Shown piece after piece: positions 15,598 through 22,929 of a stretch of DNA of 25,074 bases. The position numbers were made by a program, and so were the translations under genes. A model generated the notes under the pieces. It made no database searches and was not told the origin of the DNA. It saw only the letters and a list, made by a program, of their open reading frames with translations. The stretch comes from a virus. Its lineage: Duplodnaviria > Heunggongvirae > Uroviricota > Caudoviricetes. The stretch lies in IMG/VR virus record IMGVR_UViG_3300042894_003937; one strand, 5' to 3'. Position 1 is the stretch's first letter. Every line of letters starts with the position of its first letter.

Positions 15598-17064
15598 ATG
15601 AGAAAAAAGAAGATACTAATAGGTATTACGACATTCAATGAATCGTATCAACCGACCAGTTTTCATTTTAAGGTAGATGAAACTGGAGAAAGAATCTATG
15701 ATGATCATAGATTAAATATAGTTCAAGAGAACTTAAAAACCATTTATAATATGATTGATGATGTTAGAATAATGTCAAATATAAACATATTAGACATTCA
15801 GAATAATATAAATGTTAAAACTGTTCCTAATCCTACTACTGAAATAATTGGATTATTTGCATCAAAAATGTTTGAATCAATTGGTGTATTTTTTATGGCA
15901 GGAACTCCAGCTGGTATTATCGCAACAATTGTAGGTAAACTAGTAAGTGCAATAATTACAACAGCTTGTAGAGCAGCATCTGGTGATGCAACAAATGATA
16001 TTCAGAGAGCGGTTAATGATATTAAAAATTGTATGAATGCGATCTTTAATGAAATACAAGTAAGGGTTACACATTGGTTACAAAATATGGAATTAGAGTG
16101 GAATAAAGTTTATCATTGTAATGGTGATTTAGTTCCTGAAATGAAAGGTGATGTAACACTTAGTGATTTAGGTAATTGTGATTGGTTTTTCCCAAAGAAA
16201 GGAGAGTCAGAAGATTATATTACTATTCGTAACTTTCTAACTAAAAAATGTAACTATTTAATTACTCGTGATTTACTTCCAGTTAAATGGAAAATAAAAC
16301 AATGTTACAGAGCATTTCCATCGGATGGATTTGGAAATTTATTATCTGGATGGAATACTTGTTGGTATAAAGTACGTAATAGAAGTACTTGGGATAGTTG
16401 GTGTTCACATTCTGATTTTCCTAATGCCATACCTAATAATTTAAGAGGTGATATAGAAGGTCCATTTGAAGACATCGAAAAAGGAAGTAATTATGATACA
16501 GATGCAAATGGTAACATTTATTATTATCAATGGTGGCCAAAGTGGAATGGTTTAGATGGACCTCGTTATAATTGGGCTAATGAAACGCCTCGTTGGACGA
16601 ATTGGTCTGGTAAGAGTGATAGAGTTGAGAAACCAAATCAGGATATAGTATCAGGTACTTCATTCTTAGATTTTATTAAAGATATATTAGATGGACATTA
16701 TTTTGCAGATACATTGGTATCAGGTTCATTCCCAAATGAACCATCATACTTTTTATGGTATGAAACAAAAAGACCTAATGAGAATGTAAAAATTATAAAT
16801 GATAAAAGAAAATGGACATTACTAAGTAATGAAGCTTGTAAAGACATTGTTTATGATAGTAATAGTATATTCACTTGGGGTAGAGCTTATAGAGGAATTA
16901 AACTAAATCATTATTACTTAGTTGATGAAAAAGGCGATTATGCACCAAGTGTTTTTTGTGATTGGTTATTCTCGGATGATGGTCATGGTAATATAAAAAA
17001 TGAAAATGGTATAGCTGGTAAAATTGATGTTTATATGAATTGGGGATTATCAAAAGTAAATTAA
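15598..17064 (+). CDS. 488-aa protein: helical N-domain with hydrophobic hairpin plus Trp/Tyr-rich C-domain
   Basis: IGVFFMAGTPAGIIATIVGKLVSAIITTA flanked by amphipathic helices; Trp-rich second half. No family recognised. Confidence 0.85.
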   Translation: MRKKKILIGITTFNESYQPTSFHFKVDETGERIYDDHRLNIVQENLKTIYNMIDDVRIMSNINILDIQNNINVKTVPNPTTEIIGLFASKMFESIGVFFMAGTPAGIIATIVGKLVSAIITTACRAASGDATNDIQRAVNDIKNCMNAIFNEIQVRVTHWLQNMELEWNKVYHCNGDLVPEMKGDVTLSDLGNCDWFFPKKGESEDYITIRNFLTKKCNYLITRDLLPVKWKIKQCYRAFPSDGFGNLLSGWNTCWYKVRNRSTWDSWCSHSDFPNAIPNNLRGDIEGPFEDIEKGSNYDTDANGNIYYYQWWPKWNGLDGPRYNWANETPRWTNWSGKSDRVEKPNQDIVSGTSFLDFIKDILDGHYFADTLVSGSFPNEPSYFLWYETKRPNENVKIINDKRKWTLLSNEACKDIVYDSNSIFTWGRAYRGIKLNHYYLVDEKGDYAPSVFCDWLFSDDGHGNIKNENGIAGKIDVYMNWGLSKVN

Positions 17065-17067
17065 ATT

Positions 17068-17096
17068 AAAGTGTCGAATTTGTCGACACTTTTTTT
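17068..17096 (+). terminator. Intrinsic terminator abutting the next late promoter
   Basis: AAAGTGTCGA-ATTTG-TCGACACTTT followed by a T-run. Confidence 0.85.
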
Positions 17097-17104
17097 AATA
17101 TATA
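17096..17104 (+). promoter_or_regulatory. Putative late promoter TAATATATA
   Basis: 4 nt before the ATG at 17109. Confidence 0.65.
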
Positions 17105-17108
17105 AGTT

Positions 17109-17558
17109 ATGAGAACAATTAAATTATTTGAGGATTTTAATACTCCACAAGATTTCATAAAGGAGTTAAAAGATTTCTGTGAAATGTATTTAGCTTACTT
17201 AATAGATGAAGGATTTGAGGTAAACGTAATAAATATGATGCATGATGCTGATTTAGTATTAAGTATAGAAAAGATTTCATCATTTACTAATTATACTGAT
17301 GGCCCACATGGAACACGTATTATTGATAATAGTTTTAAATGGAGTGAAGTTTCGGATCATTTTATACCATTTTTTCAAATGTTATCAAAAGAATATTATT
17401 TAGTAAAAAATAGATATACATTTGGAACTATTAATCTTAGAGAAGAAATGACTGTCGGTAGAAGAACAGGTTGGACTTGGAAAAATTATGATAATATAGA
17501 AGGTTTAGATCCTGATAAAAAGATTGATAAAATACAAATAACAATAAAAGTAGAATGA
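17109..17558 (+). CDS. Family paralog 6
   Basis: MRTIKLFEDF; FCEMYLAYLIDEGF; FKWSEVSDHFIPFF. Confidence 0.85.
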   Translation: MRTIKLFEDFNTPQDFIKELKDFCEMYLAYLIDEGFEVNVINMMHDADLVLSIEKISSFTNYTDGPHGTRIIDNSFKWSEVSDHFIPFFQMLSKEYYLVKNRYTFGTINLREEMTVGRRTGWTWKNYDNIEGLDPDKKIDKIQITIKVE

Positions 17559-18244
17559 CATTAAACGAAAAGGATAAAATAAGAGTTATTTCTTTCTTAG
17601 AAGATAATGAATTAGATTATACACCTATTGATAATGGTATAATCCGTTTTCACCTTATTGCTGAGGATGGTATGACTTTTTATGTAATAAACAATGAAAA
17701 TGAGTATTTAGTAACTAAATATAACAAGGATAGAGACCGTCCAGGATCAGTTCCTTATGAAAACTATCAATTTAAGACACTTTCAGAGGTTTTAGAGCAA
17801 TTAAAGTTCTATGATAGTAATTTACCTAAGGTATACTGGCAACCTATCTTAGAAACGATAGAAATAGGTTTCGATAAAGATAATCATATAGATAACTGGT
17901 ATGAACCATTTATTAAAGATGATTTCTATAAAGTAGAAGAAGATAATCAATATAAATACTTTTCTTATACAAATGAAGGTTATAAACCAGAATTGATTTC
18001 ACCTTTTAATACTTTACACGAAGTAAGTGCATTTAATGACTTACAATTAGAAAAAGTTGAAAAGTTATATTTTGAAGTACATCCAATTTCGTGTGCTAAG
18101 AAACGTGAAATGTATTTAGTAAAGTTGTTATGTAATAATGATAACATTTTCAAAGAGTATATAAACTATAAAGTTTATAAAGAAAAAGGATTAAAAATAA
18201 TGTTGGATAGTTTATTCAATGATATGGAAAAATATAAACTGTAA
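17555..18244 (+). CDS. Acidic, Tyr-rich hypothetical protein
   Basis: 229-aa ORF translationally coupled on both sides; carries neither tag. Confidence 0.8.
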   Translation: MTLNEKDKIRVISFLEDNELDYTPIDNGIIRFHLIAEDGMTFYVINNENEYLVTKYNKDRDRPGSVPYENYQFKTLSEVLEQLKFYDSNLPKVYWQPILETIEIGFDKDNHIDNWYEPFIKDDFYKVEEDNQYKYFSYTNEGYKPELISPFNTLHEVSAFNDLQLEKVEKLYFEVHPISCAKKREMYLVKLLCNNDNIFKEYINYKVYKEKGLKIMLDSLFNDMEKYKL

Positions 18245-18738
18245 TGAAGTATTTAAAAACATTTGAAATGATTGACTTTAATGACATTTTTAGTTTAAAT
18301 GGATCACGAGCTAAAAGAGAAGAACTTACAGATTTTTGTGAGACATATTTAGCTTACCTTATGGATGATTCTATAAAAGAATTAAAAGTTAGTAAACCTC
18401 AATTATTACAAACAGAGAAATATGTTTGTTATAATGTAGAAATATACTTTAATAAAAGTGTACACTGGAACCAAATCAAAGATCATTTTCTACCATTTCT
18501 TCAAATGGTTCAAAAAGAATATGATTTTAGAGAAGATAATATAGGAAGAATGTGTTCAATTGGTTGGAGGATAAAAGATACTTTAACTACAGCTAAACAA
18601 TACACTTTAAAACAATTATTAGATGATAAAATAGAAACTAATTTTACTTTAGAATTGGGATATGGTCATAAAGTATCTATACAAGGTAATGTTGGTTCAA
18701 TAAAATTAGAAATCTTAGAAGAAGTAGAAAAAAACTAA
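18244..18738 (+). CDS. Family paralog 7
   Basis: MKYLKTFEMI; FCETYLAYLMDD; VHWNQIKDHFLPFL. Confidence 0.85.
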   Translation: MKYLKTFEMIDFNDIFSLNGSRAKREELTDFCETYLAYLMDDSIKELKVSKPQLLQTEKYVCYNVEIYFNKSVHWNQIKDHFLPFLQMVQKEYDFREDNIGRMCSIGWRIKDTLTTAKQYTLKQLLDDKIETNFTLELGYGHKVSIQGNVGSIKLEILEEVEKN

Positions 18739-18745
18739 CTCCTTC

Positions 18746-19057
18746 TTAGATTTCTTTTAAACCATTAAAAACAATTTTCTTGTAATCACAATCGATAAAA
18801 GCTCTTTTCACTTTATCTCCTTGACCACCTCTCCATTGATTTTCATTAAACCATTGTGCAAACTTAACAAGTTGTGTTCTAGTGATAAGTCCAAACTCTT
18901 CTGGATAATCTAAAATATATTTTTGTGAAAACTCTCTTGGTTCAGGAATAAGTTCTAATGTTTGAGACCAACGAGAAACCCCGTCTTCTGTATTATACCA
19001 TCTATAACCTCTATCATACTTATGTACTTCAGGTAACTTTCCGTCTATTATATTCAT
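18746..19057 (-). CDS. Hypothetical protein; start moved to 19057
   Basis: MNIIDGKLPE...; the track start lies in the promoter. Confidence 0.7.
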   Translation of the reverse strand: MNIIDGKLPEVHKYDRGYRWYNTEDGVSRWSQTLELIPEPREFSQKYILDYPEEFGLITRTQLVKFAQWFNENQWRGGQGDKVKRAFIDCDYKKIVFNGLKEI

Positions 19058-19076
19058 ACTTTTAATTTTAGAACTA

Positions 19077-19084
19077 CAAATATA
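19077..19084 (-). promoter_or_regulatory. Bacteroidota -7 element TATATTTG
   Basis: 19 nt upstream of 19057. Confidence 0.65.
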
Positions 19085-19116
19085 CAAACTTTATTTTAAA
19101 ATAAAATATAATTTTC

Positions 19117-19434
19117 ATGACAAATTATGATTTAATTCTTAGTACAGAATATAAGTATTTAATTTACTTAGTGGAAGAACTAAATAAATTAGAAGCAACT
19201 TTTAAGAAACTAGCAGCTGATAGAGATGTTAAATTAACTTTTATTTTAAAAGAAGATGCAAGTGAAGGTTATCATAGTGCAATTGATATGTTAGATAAAA
19301 TTAAGTCACAGATAAATGATTTAGATATTTATCAATTGGCTTCTGCTGAATTAGAAGATATAGGTGATATGATAAATAAATTAGTCAATTATTATGAATA
19401 CTTTTCTAAAGCGTGTGAAGAAATAAAAGTATAA
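19117..19434 (+). CDS. All-helical hypothetical protein
   Basis: 105-aa ORF; TAAAATATA variant 6 nt upstream. Confidence 0.7.
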   Translation: MTNYDLILSTEYKYLIYLVEELNKLEATFKKLAADRDVKLTFILKEDASEGYHSAIDMLDKIKSQINDLDIYQLASAELEDIGDMINKLVNYYEYFSKACEEIKV

Positions 19435-19442
19435 TTTAATTT

Positions 19443-19451
19443 TAATATATA
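19443..19451 (+). promoter_or_regulatory. Putative late promoter TAATATATA
   Basis: 4 nt before the ATG at 19456. Confidence 0.65.
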
Positions 19452-19455
19452 CTTT

Positions 19456-19791
19456 ATGAAACACTTAAAACAATTTGAAAGTTATTTTGATAAAGATTCT
19501 CATTGGACTGAGCCAGAAGGAGATGCAATTTTAAAAGCCTTTGATGAAGGTACAATTGAAGAAGCAACTAAAGAGGTTGAAGTAAAACCTACATATCGTG
19601 CAACTGGTGATACTACTGAAACAACATTTAGATTTAAAATTAATGATAGACAAATCTTTGTTCAACTTTTAGAATACCCACATAGAGATCCAATTATCGT
19701 TATTAAAATTGATGGTTACTTTACAACTATACCAACAGATAGTGAGTATCGTACTGAGATACTAGATAGATGCTTCAAAACAATACAATAA
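19456..19791 (+). CDS. N-tagged hypothetical protein (not a family paralog)
   Basis: Starts MKHLKQFESY. Confidence 0.8.
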   Translation: MKHLKQFESYFDKDSHWTEPEGDAILKAFDEGTIEEATKEVEVKPTYRATGDTTETTFRFKINDRQIFVQLLEYPHRDPIIVIKIDGYFTTIPTDSEYRTEILDRCFKTIQ

Positions 19792-19817
19792 AAAAATCCA
19801 CTTTAAAGTGGATTTTT
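19792..19817. terminator. Bidirectional terminator (perfect 26-bp palindrome)
   Basis: AAAAATCCACTTT/AAAGTGGATTTTT between convergent genes. Confidence 0.9.
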
Positions 19818-19820
19818 CTG

Positions 19821-19940
19821 TTATACTAATTCTGCTTTTGCTTTAGCAAGAACAATTTCATTTTGTTTAATTCTTCTAAGTTTTTTAACTTGGTTAGCTC
19901 TGTTCTTTTTAGGTTTCCCTTCTTTTTTTGATTTTGACAT
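19821..19940 (-). CDS. 39-aa highly basic peptide
   Basis: Manual translation: MSKSKKEGKPKKNRANQVKKLRRIKQNEIVLAKAKAELV. Has its own promoter and terminator. Confidence 0.7.
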   Translation of the reverse strand: MSKSKKEGKPKKNRANQVKKLRRIKQNEIVLAKAKAELV

Positions 19941-19961
19941 AATAAGTGAGTAATTTTCTTT

Positions 19962-19970
19962 TATATATTA
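19962..19970 (-). promoter_or_regulatory. Putative late promoter TAATATATA (minus strand)
   Basis: 21 nt upstream of the ATG at 19940. Confidence 0.6.
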
Positions 19971-19981
19971 AAAAAATTATT

Positions 19982-19989
19982 TAATTTTG
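19982..19989 (+). promoter_or_regulatory. Bacteroidota -7 element TAATTTTG
   Basis: Upstream of the 20001/20010 starts. Confidence 0.55.
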
Positions 19990-20000
19990 CACTTAAACAA

Positions 20001-20462
20001 ATGTATAATATGATACTAAAATGTATAACTCATGACTTTCCAGGTAGAGTTACTTATGGAAAAGAATATAAAGTAATTGAGGTAAATAAAGACAATTACT
20101 ATATAGTTGGAGATGATAATAAAGTGGCTACGGTCGCACCTAATTCATTTAATAAATACTTTGTTGATTTAGTAGAATGGAGAGAAAGACAAATAGAAAA
20201 AATAACTAAACACACAATGAGCAACTTACTAACTTACAATGATTATTTAGTTTCTAATTTAGAAACTGTTTTAGATTATGTTAAAACAAACGAATGTATA
20301 TTCAATATTAAACATTTGAATGATCTAATTACTGATATTTCAGATCAAACTGATAGTTCTAAATTAGATTTCTATGGTGAACAAGTAGATATGATAATTT
20401 CAAATGTAACTCATGAGTTTGGATATAATCATCGACTTGAGCATAAAAAAAGATTATGTTAA
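20001..20462 (+). CDS. SH3-like domain with internal tag fused to a second domain (starts at 20001 or 20010; internal ATG at 20217)
   Basis: LKCIT...VTYGKEYKV...IVGDDN...YFVDLVEWRERQIEKI, then MSNLLTY... Confidence 0.75.
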   Translation: MYNMILKCITHDFPGRVTYGKEYKVIEVNKDNYYIVGDDNKVATVAPNSFNKYFVDLVEWRERQIEKITKHTMSNLLTYNDYLVSNLETVLDYVKTNECIFNIKHLNDLITDISDQTDSSKLDFYGEQVDMIISNVTHEFGYNHRLEHKKRLC

Positions 20463-20489
20463 TTGTATATAGAAATCAGTAGAAAAAAA

Positions 20490-20522
20490 TACCATTCACT
20501 TCACATAGTGGGTGGTAATTTT
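20490..20522 (+). terminator. Hairpin terminator with two G-U pairs
   Basis: TACCATTCACT-TCACAT-AGTGGGTGGTA, then A and a short T-run. Confidence 0.6.
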
Positions 20523-20564
20523 ATTACGTGGAGAACCTTTGTAAGGAAATTAAAAATCAAAAGA

Positions 20565-20573
20565 TTATATATA
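20565..20573 (+). promoter_or_regulatory. Putative late promoter TTATATATA
   Basis: 4 nt before the ATG at 20578. Confidence 0.6.
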
Positions 20574-20577
20574 GTAT

Positions 20578-21033
20578 ATGATTTATATAAAACTCTTTGA
20601 TAATTTTAATCCAAATCACTATGTTATAAGCTCTGATAAAATAGATGAAAGTTTATTGAATGGAATCGAAGCAATACTTGCACCGATAAGTGATGATGGT
20701 TACAAGTACAGTCATTATATTTATGATAGGGATAAGGTTTACAATGATAAAAAAAGGTTAGAGATAAGTATTTATGTAGAAGGTGAAGATACTTTTACGG
20801 AAAAATCTAATATTATTATCGGTTCTGAAATAAAAGAAGCGGTACTTACTTTACTTGATTTTTTGAAAAGAAGAACTGGAAATGAAGCAAGTATTTATGT
20901 TTGGGATGATAGTGAGTATCAATTCATTGATATGAAGGATACTGATACACACGGTCTTGAAGATCTTGATGATTTAAGAGAGGAATATGCAGAAACTGAC
21001 TCTATGAAAATAGTTGTCTTATTGGACTCCTAA
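20578..21033 (+). CDS. N-tagged acidic protein, possibly a distant family paralog
   Basis: MIYIKLFDNF; IEAILAPISDDGYKY resembles LAYLxDxGF. Confidence 0.8.
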   Translation: MIYIKLFDNFNPNHYVISSDKIDESLLNGIEAILAPISDDGYKYSHYIYDRDKVYNDKKRLEISIYVEGEDTFTEKSNIIIGSEIKEAVLTLLDFLKRRTGNEASIYVWDDSEYQFIDMKDTDTHGLEDLDDLREEYAETDSMKIVVLLDS

Positions 21034-21097
21034 TCCTTTAATTATCAAATAGAGTTGATTTTTTATTTTGTGTAAGAAGTAAATTAAAATAAAAATT

Positions 21098-21106
21098 TAA
21101 TATATA
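21098..21106 (+). promoter_or_regulatory. Putative late promoter TAATATATA
   Basis: 16 nt upstream of the ATG at 21123. Confidence 0.6.
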
Positions 21107-21122
21107 AAAATAAAAACTTAAT

Positions 21123-21380
21123 ATGAAATACATAAAACTATTTGAAAACTTTATGGATGGAAACAAAGTCCAGTATAAAGCTGTTAAAAATTCAGAAGGT
21201 AAGTGGGAAATTCACATGAAAAATCCTAATCAAAATGAATTTAGTCTACCAACTAGTGGTACTTTATGGACAAATGATGGTAAATACTATAACTCTGAAG
21301 GAGATGCCATTAATGTTATTAAAAGTCAAACTAATGAAGATGAGCTTGATGGAGACACCGAATTAGATACAATTGAATGA
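21123..21380 (+). CDS. N-tagged hypothetical protein
   Basis: Starts MKYIKLFENF. Confidence 0.8.
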   Translation: MKYIKLFENFMDGNKVQYKAVKNSEGKWEIHMKNPNQNEFSLPTSGTLWTNDGKYYNSEGDAINVIKSQTNEDELDGDTELDTIE

Positions 21381-21403
21381 TTTAAGAGAGATATAGTTTT
21401 TTA

Positions 21404-21679
21404 TTAGACTCCTAAATCTTCTAACTTTTCATTTCTAATTTCTTGTAAAACAAAAGCTTCTATTCCTTCCAACTCAACTAATTCTTTGGAATGTTTTATT
21501 CCGGTTTTATCAATTACAATAGTGTAAACACAATCATCTTTGGTGAAAGATATAAGTTTCATTTCACCATTATTTATACCACCGTATCTTGATTTAACTT
21601 CATATTTCATATGAAACTGATCATCAATAAACTTCAATAAAATTGGTGCAGTTTCTTCGGTAAGCCAATTATAAATCAT
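21404..21679 (-). CDS. Hypothetical protein with C-terminal tag
   Basis: Ends EIRNEKLEDLGV. Confidence 0.75.
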   Translation of the reverse strand: MIYNWLTEETAPILLKFIDDQFHMKYEVKSRYGGINNGEMKLISFTKDDCVYTIVIDKTGIKHSKELVELEGIEAFVLQEIRNEKLEDLGV

Positions 21680-21681
21680 AA

Positions 21682-22140
21682 TTAAAATTTATGTTCAACT
21701 GAAAAGGTTTGACCAGCAACTACTAAAACACTTTTCTCAAATTTTACACCATCATTATTTACAAATTTAATTTGGTGTGCACCGGGAGTAACCTTCACTT
21801 TTGTTTTTGGAGTTGAACCTAATACTTTACCATCTAAAACAACTTTTGCTGAAGGAGTACAATTTATATTTATATAACCAACAGGTTCCCTTTGAAACAT
21901 CTTACTAACTTTTCTAAATAGTGATATAAAGATTACACCTAAAATTCCAATTGCTACTAATCCAATTACGAGTGATAAATAAAGTGCGATACCACCCCAT
22001 AAAGGTGCTGTTACCCACCACCAAGACCAGTTTGCAACTTGTCCTACTCCACCAAGTTTAAGACCTAAGAATAAAAGGAAAAGTAATCCGGCAAAGCTGA
22101 TACCATTTGATTGTTGTTGTTTTGTTATAGTTTTCTTCAT
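21682..22140 (-). CDS. Membrane protein (GISF..LKL...WSWWWV.APLW family) fused to a C-terminal PEGA domain
   Basis: TM motif plus GYININCTPSAKVVLDGKVLGSTP...VTPGAHQIKFVN...V.V.AGQT. Confidence 0.75.
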   Translation of the reverse strand: MKKTITKQQQSNGISFAGLLFLLFLGLKLGGVGQVANWSWWWVTAPLWGGIALYLSLVIGLVAIGILGVIFISLFRKVSKMFQREPVGYININCTPSAKVVLDGKVLGSTPKTKVKVTPGAHQIKFVNNDGVKFEKSVLVVAGQTFSVEHKF

Positions 22141-22177
22141 TTTTATTTTATTATATTTTATTAAAAAGTTGATTTAG

Positions 22178-22185
22178 CAAATATA
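22178..22185 (-). promoter_or_regulatory. Bacteroidota -7 element TATATTTG
   Basis: Upstream of 22140; divergent from 22197. Confidence 0.6.
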
Positions 22186-22196
22186 GTAAATTATTT

Positions 22197-22205
22197 TAAT
22201 ATATA
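22197..22205 (+). promoter_or_regulatory. Putative late promoter TAATATATA
   Basis: 5 nt before the ATG at 22211. Confidence 0.65.
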
Positions 22206-22210
22206 CTAGT

Positions 22211-22672
22211 ATGAGATATTTAAAAAGATTTAATGAATCACAAGATGGTTTTAAAGAACAATTACGAGATTTTTGTGAGACTCACTTGGCTTACTTATTA
22301 GATGAAGGATTTGAAATAGTTTTAATAGATTTAGATGAATCTTATGATTGTGAGATTAGTGTTAGAAGAGAGGATAAAAGAACATTTACTTGGAATGAAG
22401 TTAAAAATCATATTGTACCTTTCATAATACATCTTAATAAAGAATATAAATTATATAAAAGTAAAGATGAACATCCACCTTATGTAAAGGTTGGTGACAT
22501 TGGTTATATTCAATCCGAACTTTCTACTTTATATGAACCATTCTCAATAGAAAAGATTTCTGATGAGAGTTATGAACCTTTCTTACGTTATAAAATTGGA
22601 CCTGATGAGTATAAAAATGATATGGGTGCAAGATTATCATCTATTGTAATTTATGCAGCTATAGCAAACTAA
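22211..22672 (+). CDS. Family paralog 8
   Basis: MRYLKRFNES; FCETHLAYLLDEGF; FTWNEVKNHIVPFI. Confidence 0.85.
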   Translation: MRYLKRFNESQDGFKEQLRDFCETHLAYLLDEGFEIVLIDLDESYDCEISVRREDKRTFTWNEVKNHIVPFIIHLNKEYKLYKSKDEHPPYVKVGDIGYIQSELSTLYEPFSIEKISDESYEPFLRYKIGPDEYKNDMGARLSSIVIYAAIAN

Positions 22673-22696
22673 TAATTTCATTTTCATATAATCTAT

Positions 22697-22909
22697 ATGA
22701 GTTACGTTATAGATTTTGGTGGTACGATAATGGAAGTTCCCTTAACATTTTTCAAAAATAATTTGAATTATAAGATTGTTAAACACGATCTTATAGGTGA
22801 TACACACTTTATAAATTATGGTGGAATAACTATTAGTGTTCACGATAATATTTGGAAGAAAGTTCAAATAGATTTAAGAGATTCAAAAATAGATAGTATA
22901 TTAGAATAA
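22697..22909 (+). CDS. Hypothetical protein with C-terminal tag
   Basis: Ends DLRDSKIDSILE. Confidence 0.7.
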   Translation: MSYVIDFGGTIMEVPLTFFKNNLNYKIVKHDLIGDTHFINYGGITISVHDNIWKKVQIDLRDSKIDSILE

Positions 22910-22916
22910 TTTTTTA

Positions 22917-22924
22917 TATCTTTG
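22917..22924 (+). promoter_or_regulatory. Bacteroidota -7 element TATCTTTG
   Basis: 5 nt before the ATG at 22930. Confidence 0.65.
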
Positions 22925-22929
22925 TATTT

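Noticed and set aside
8809-22672. Diversity-generating retroelement or CRISPR-like array behind the paralog families
   Set aside because: No reverse transcriptase, no near-identical template/variable repeat pair with adenine-specific changes, and no regularly spaced direct repeats in the window.
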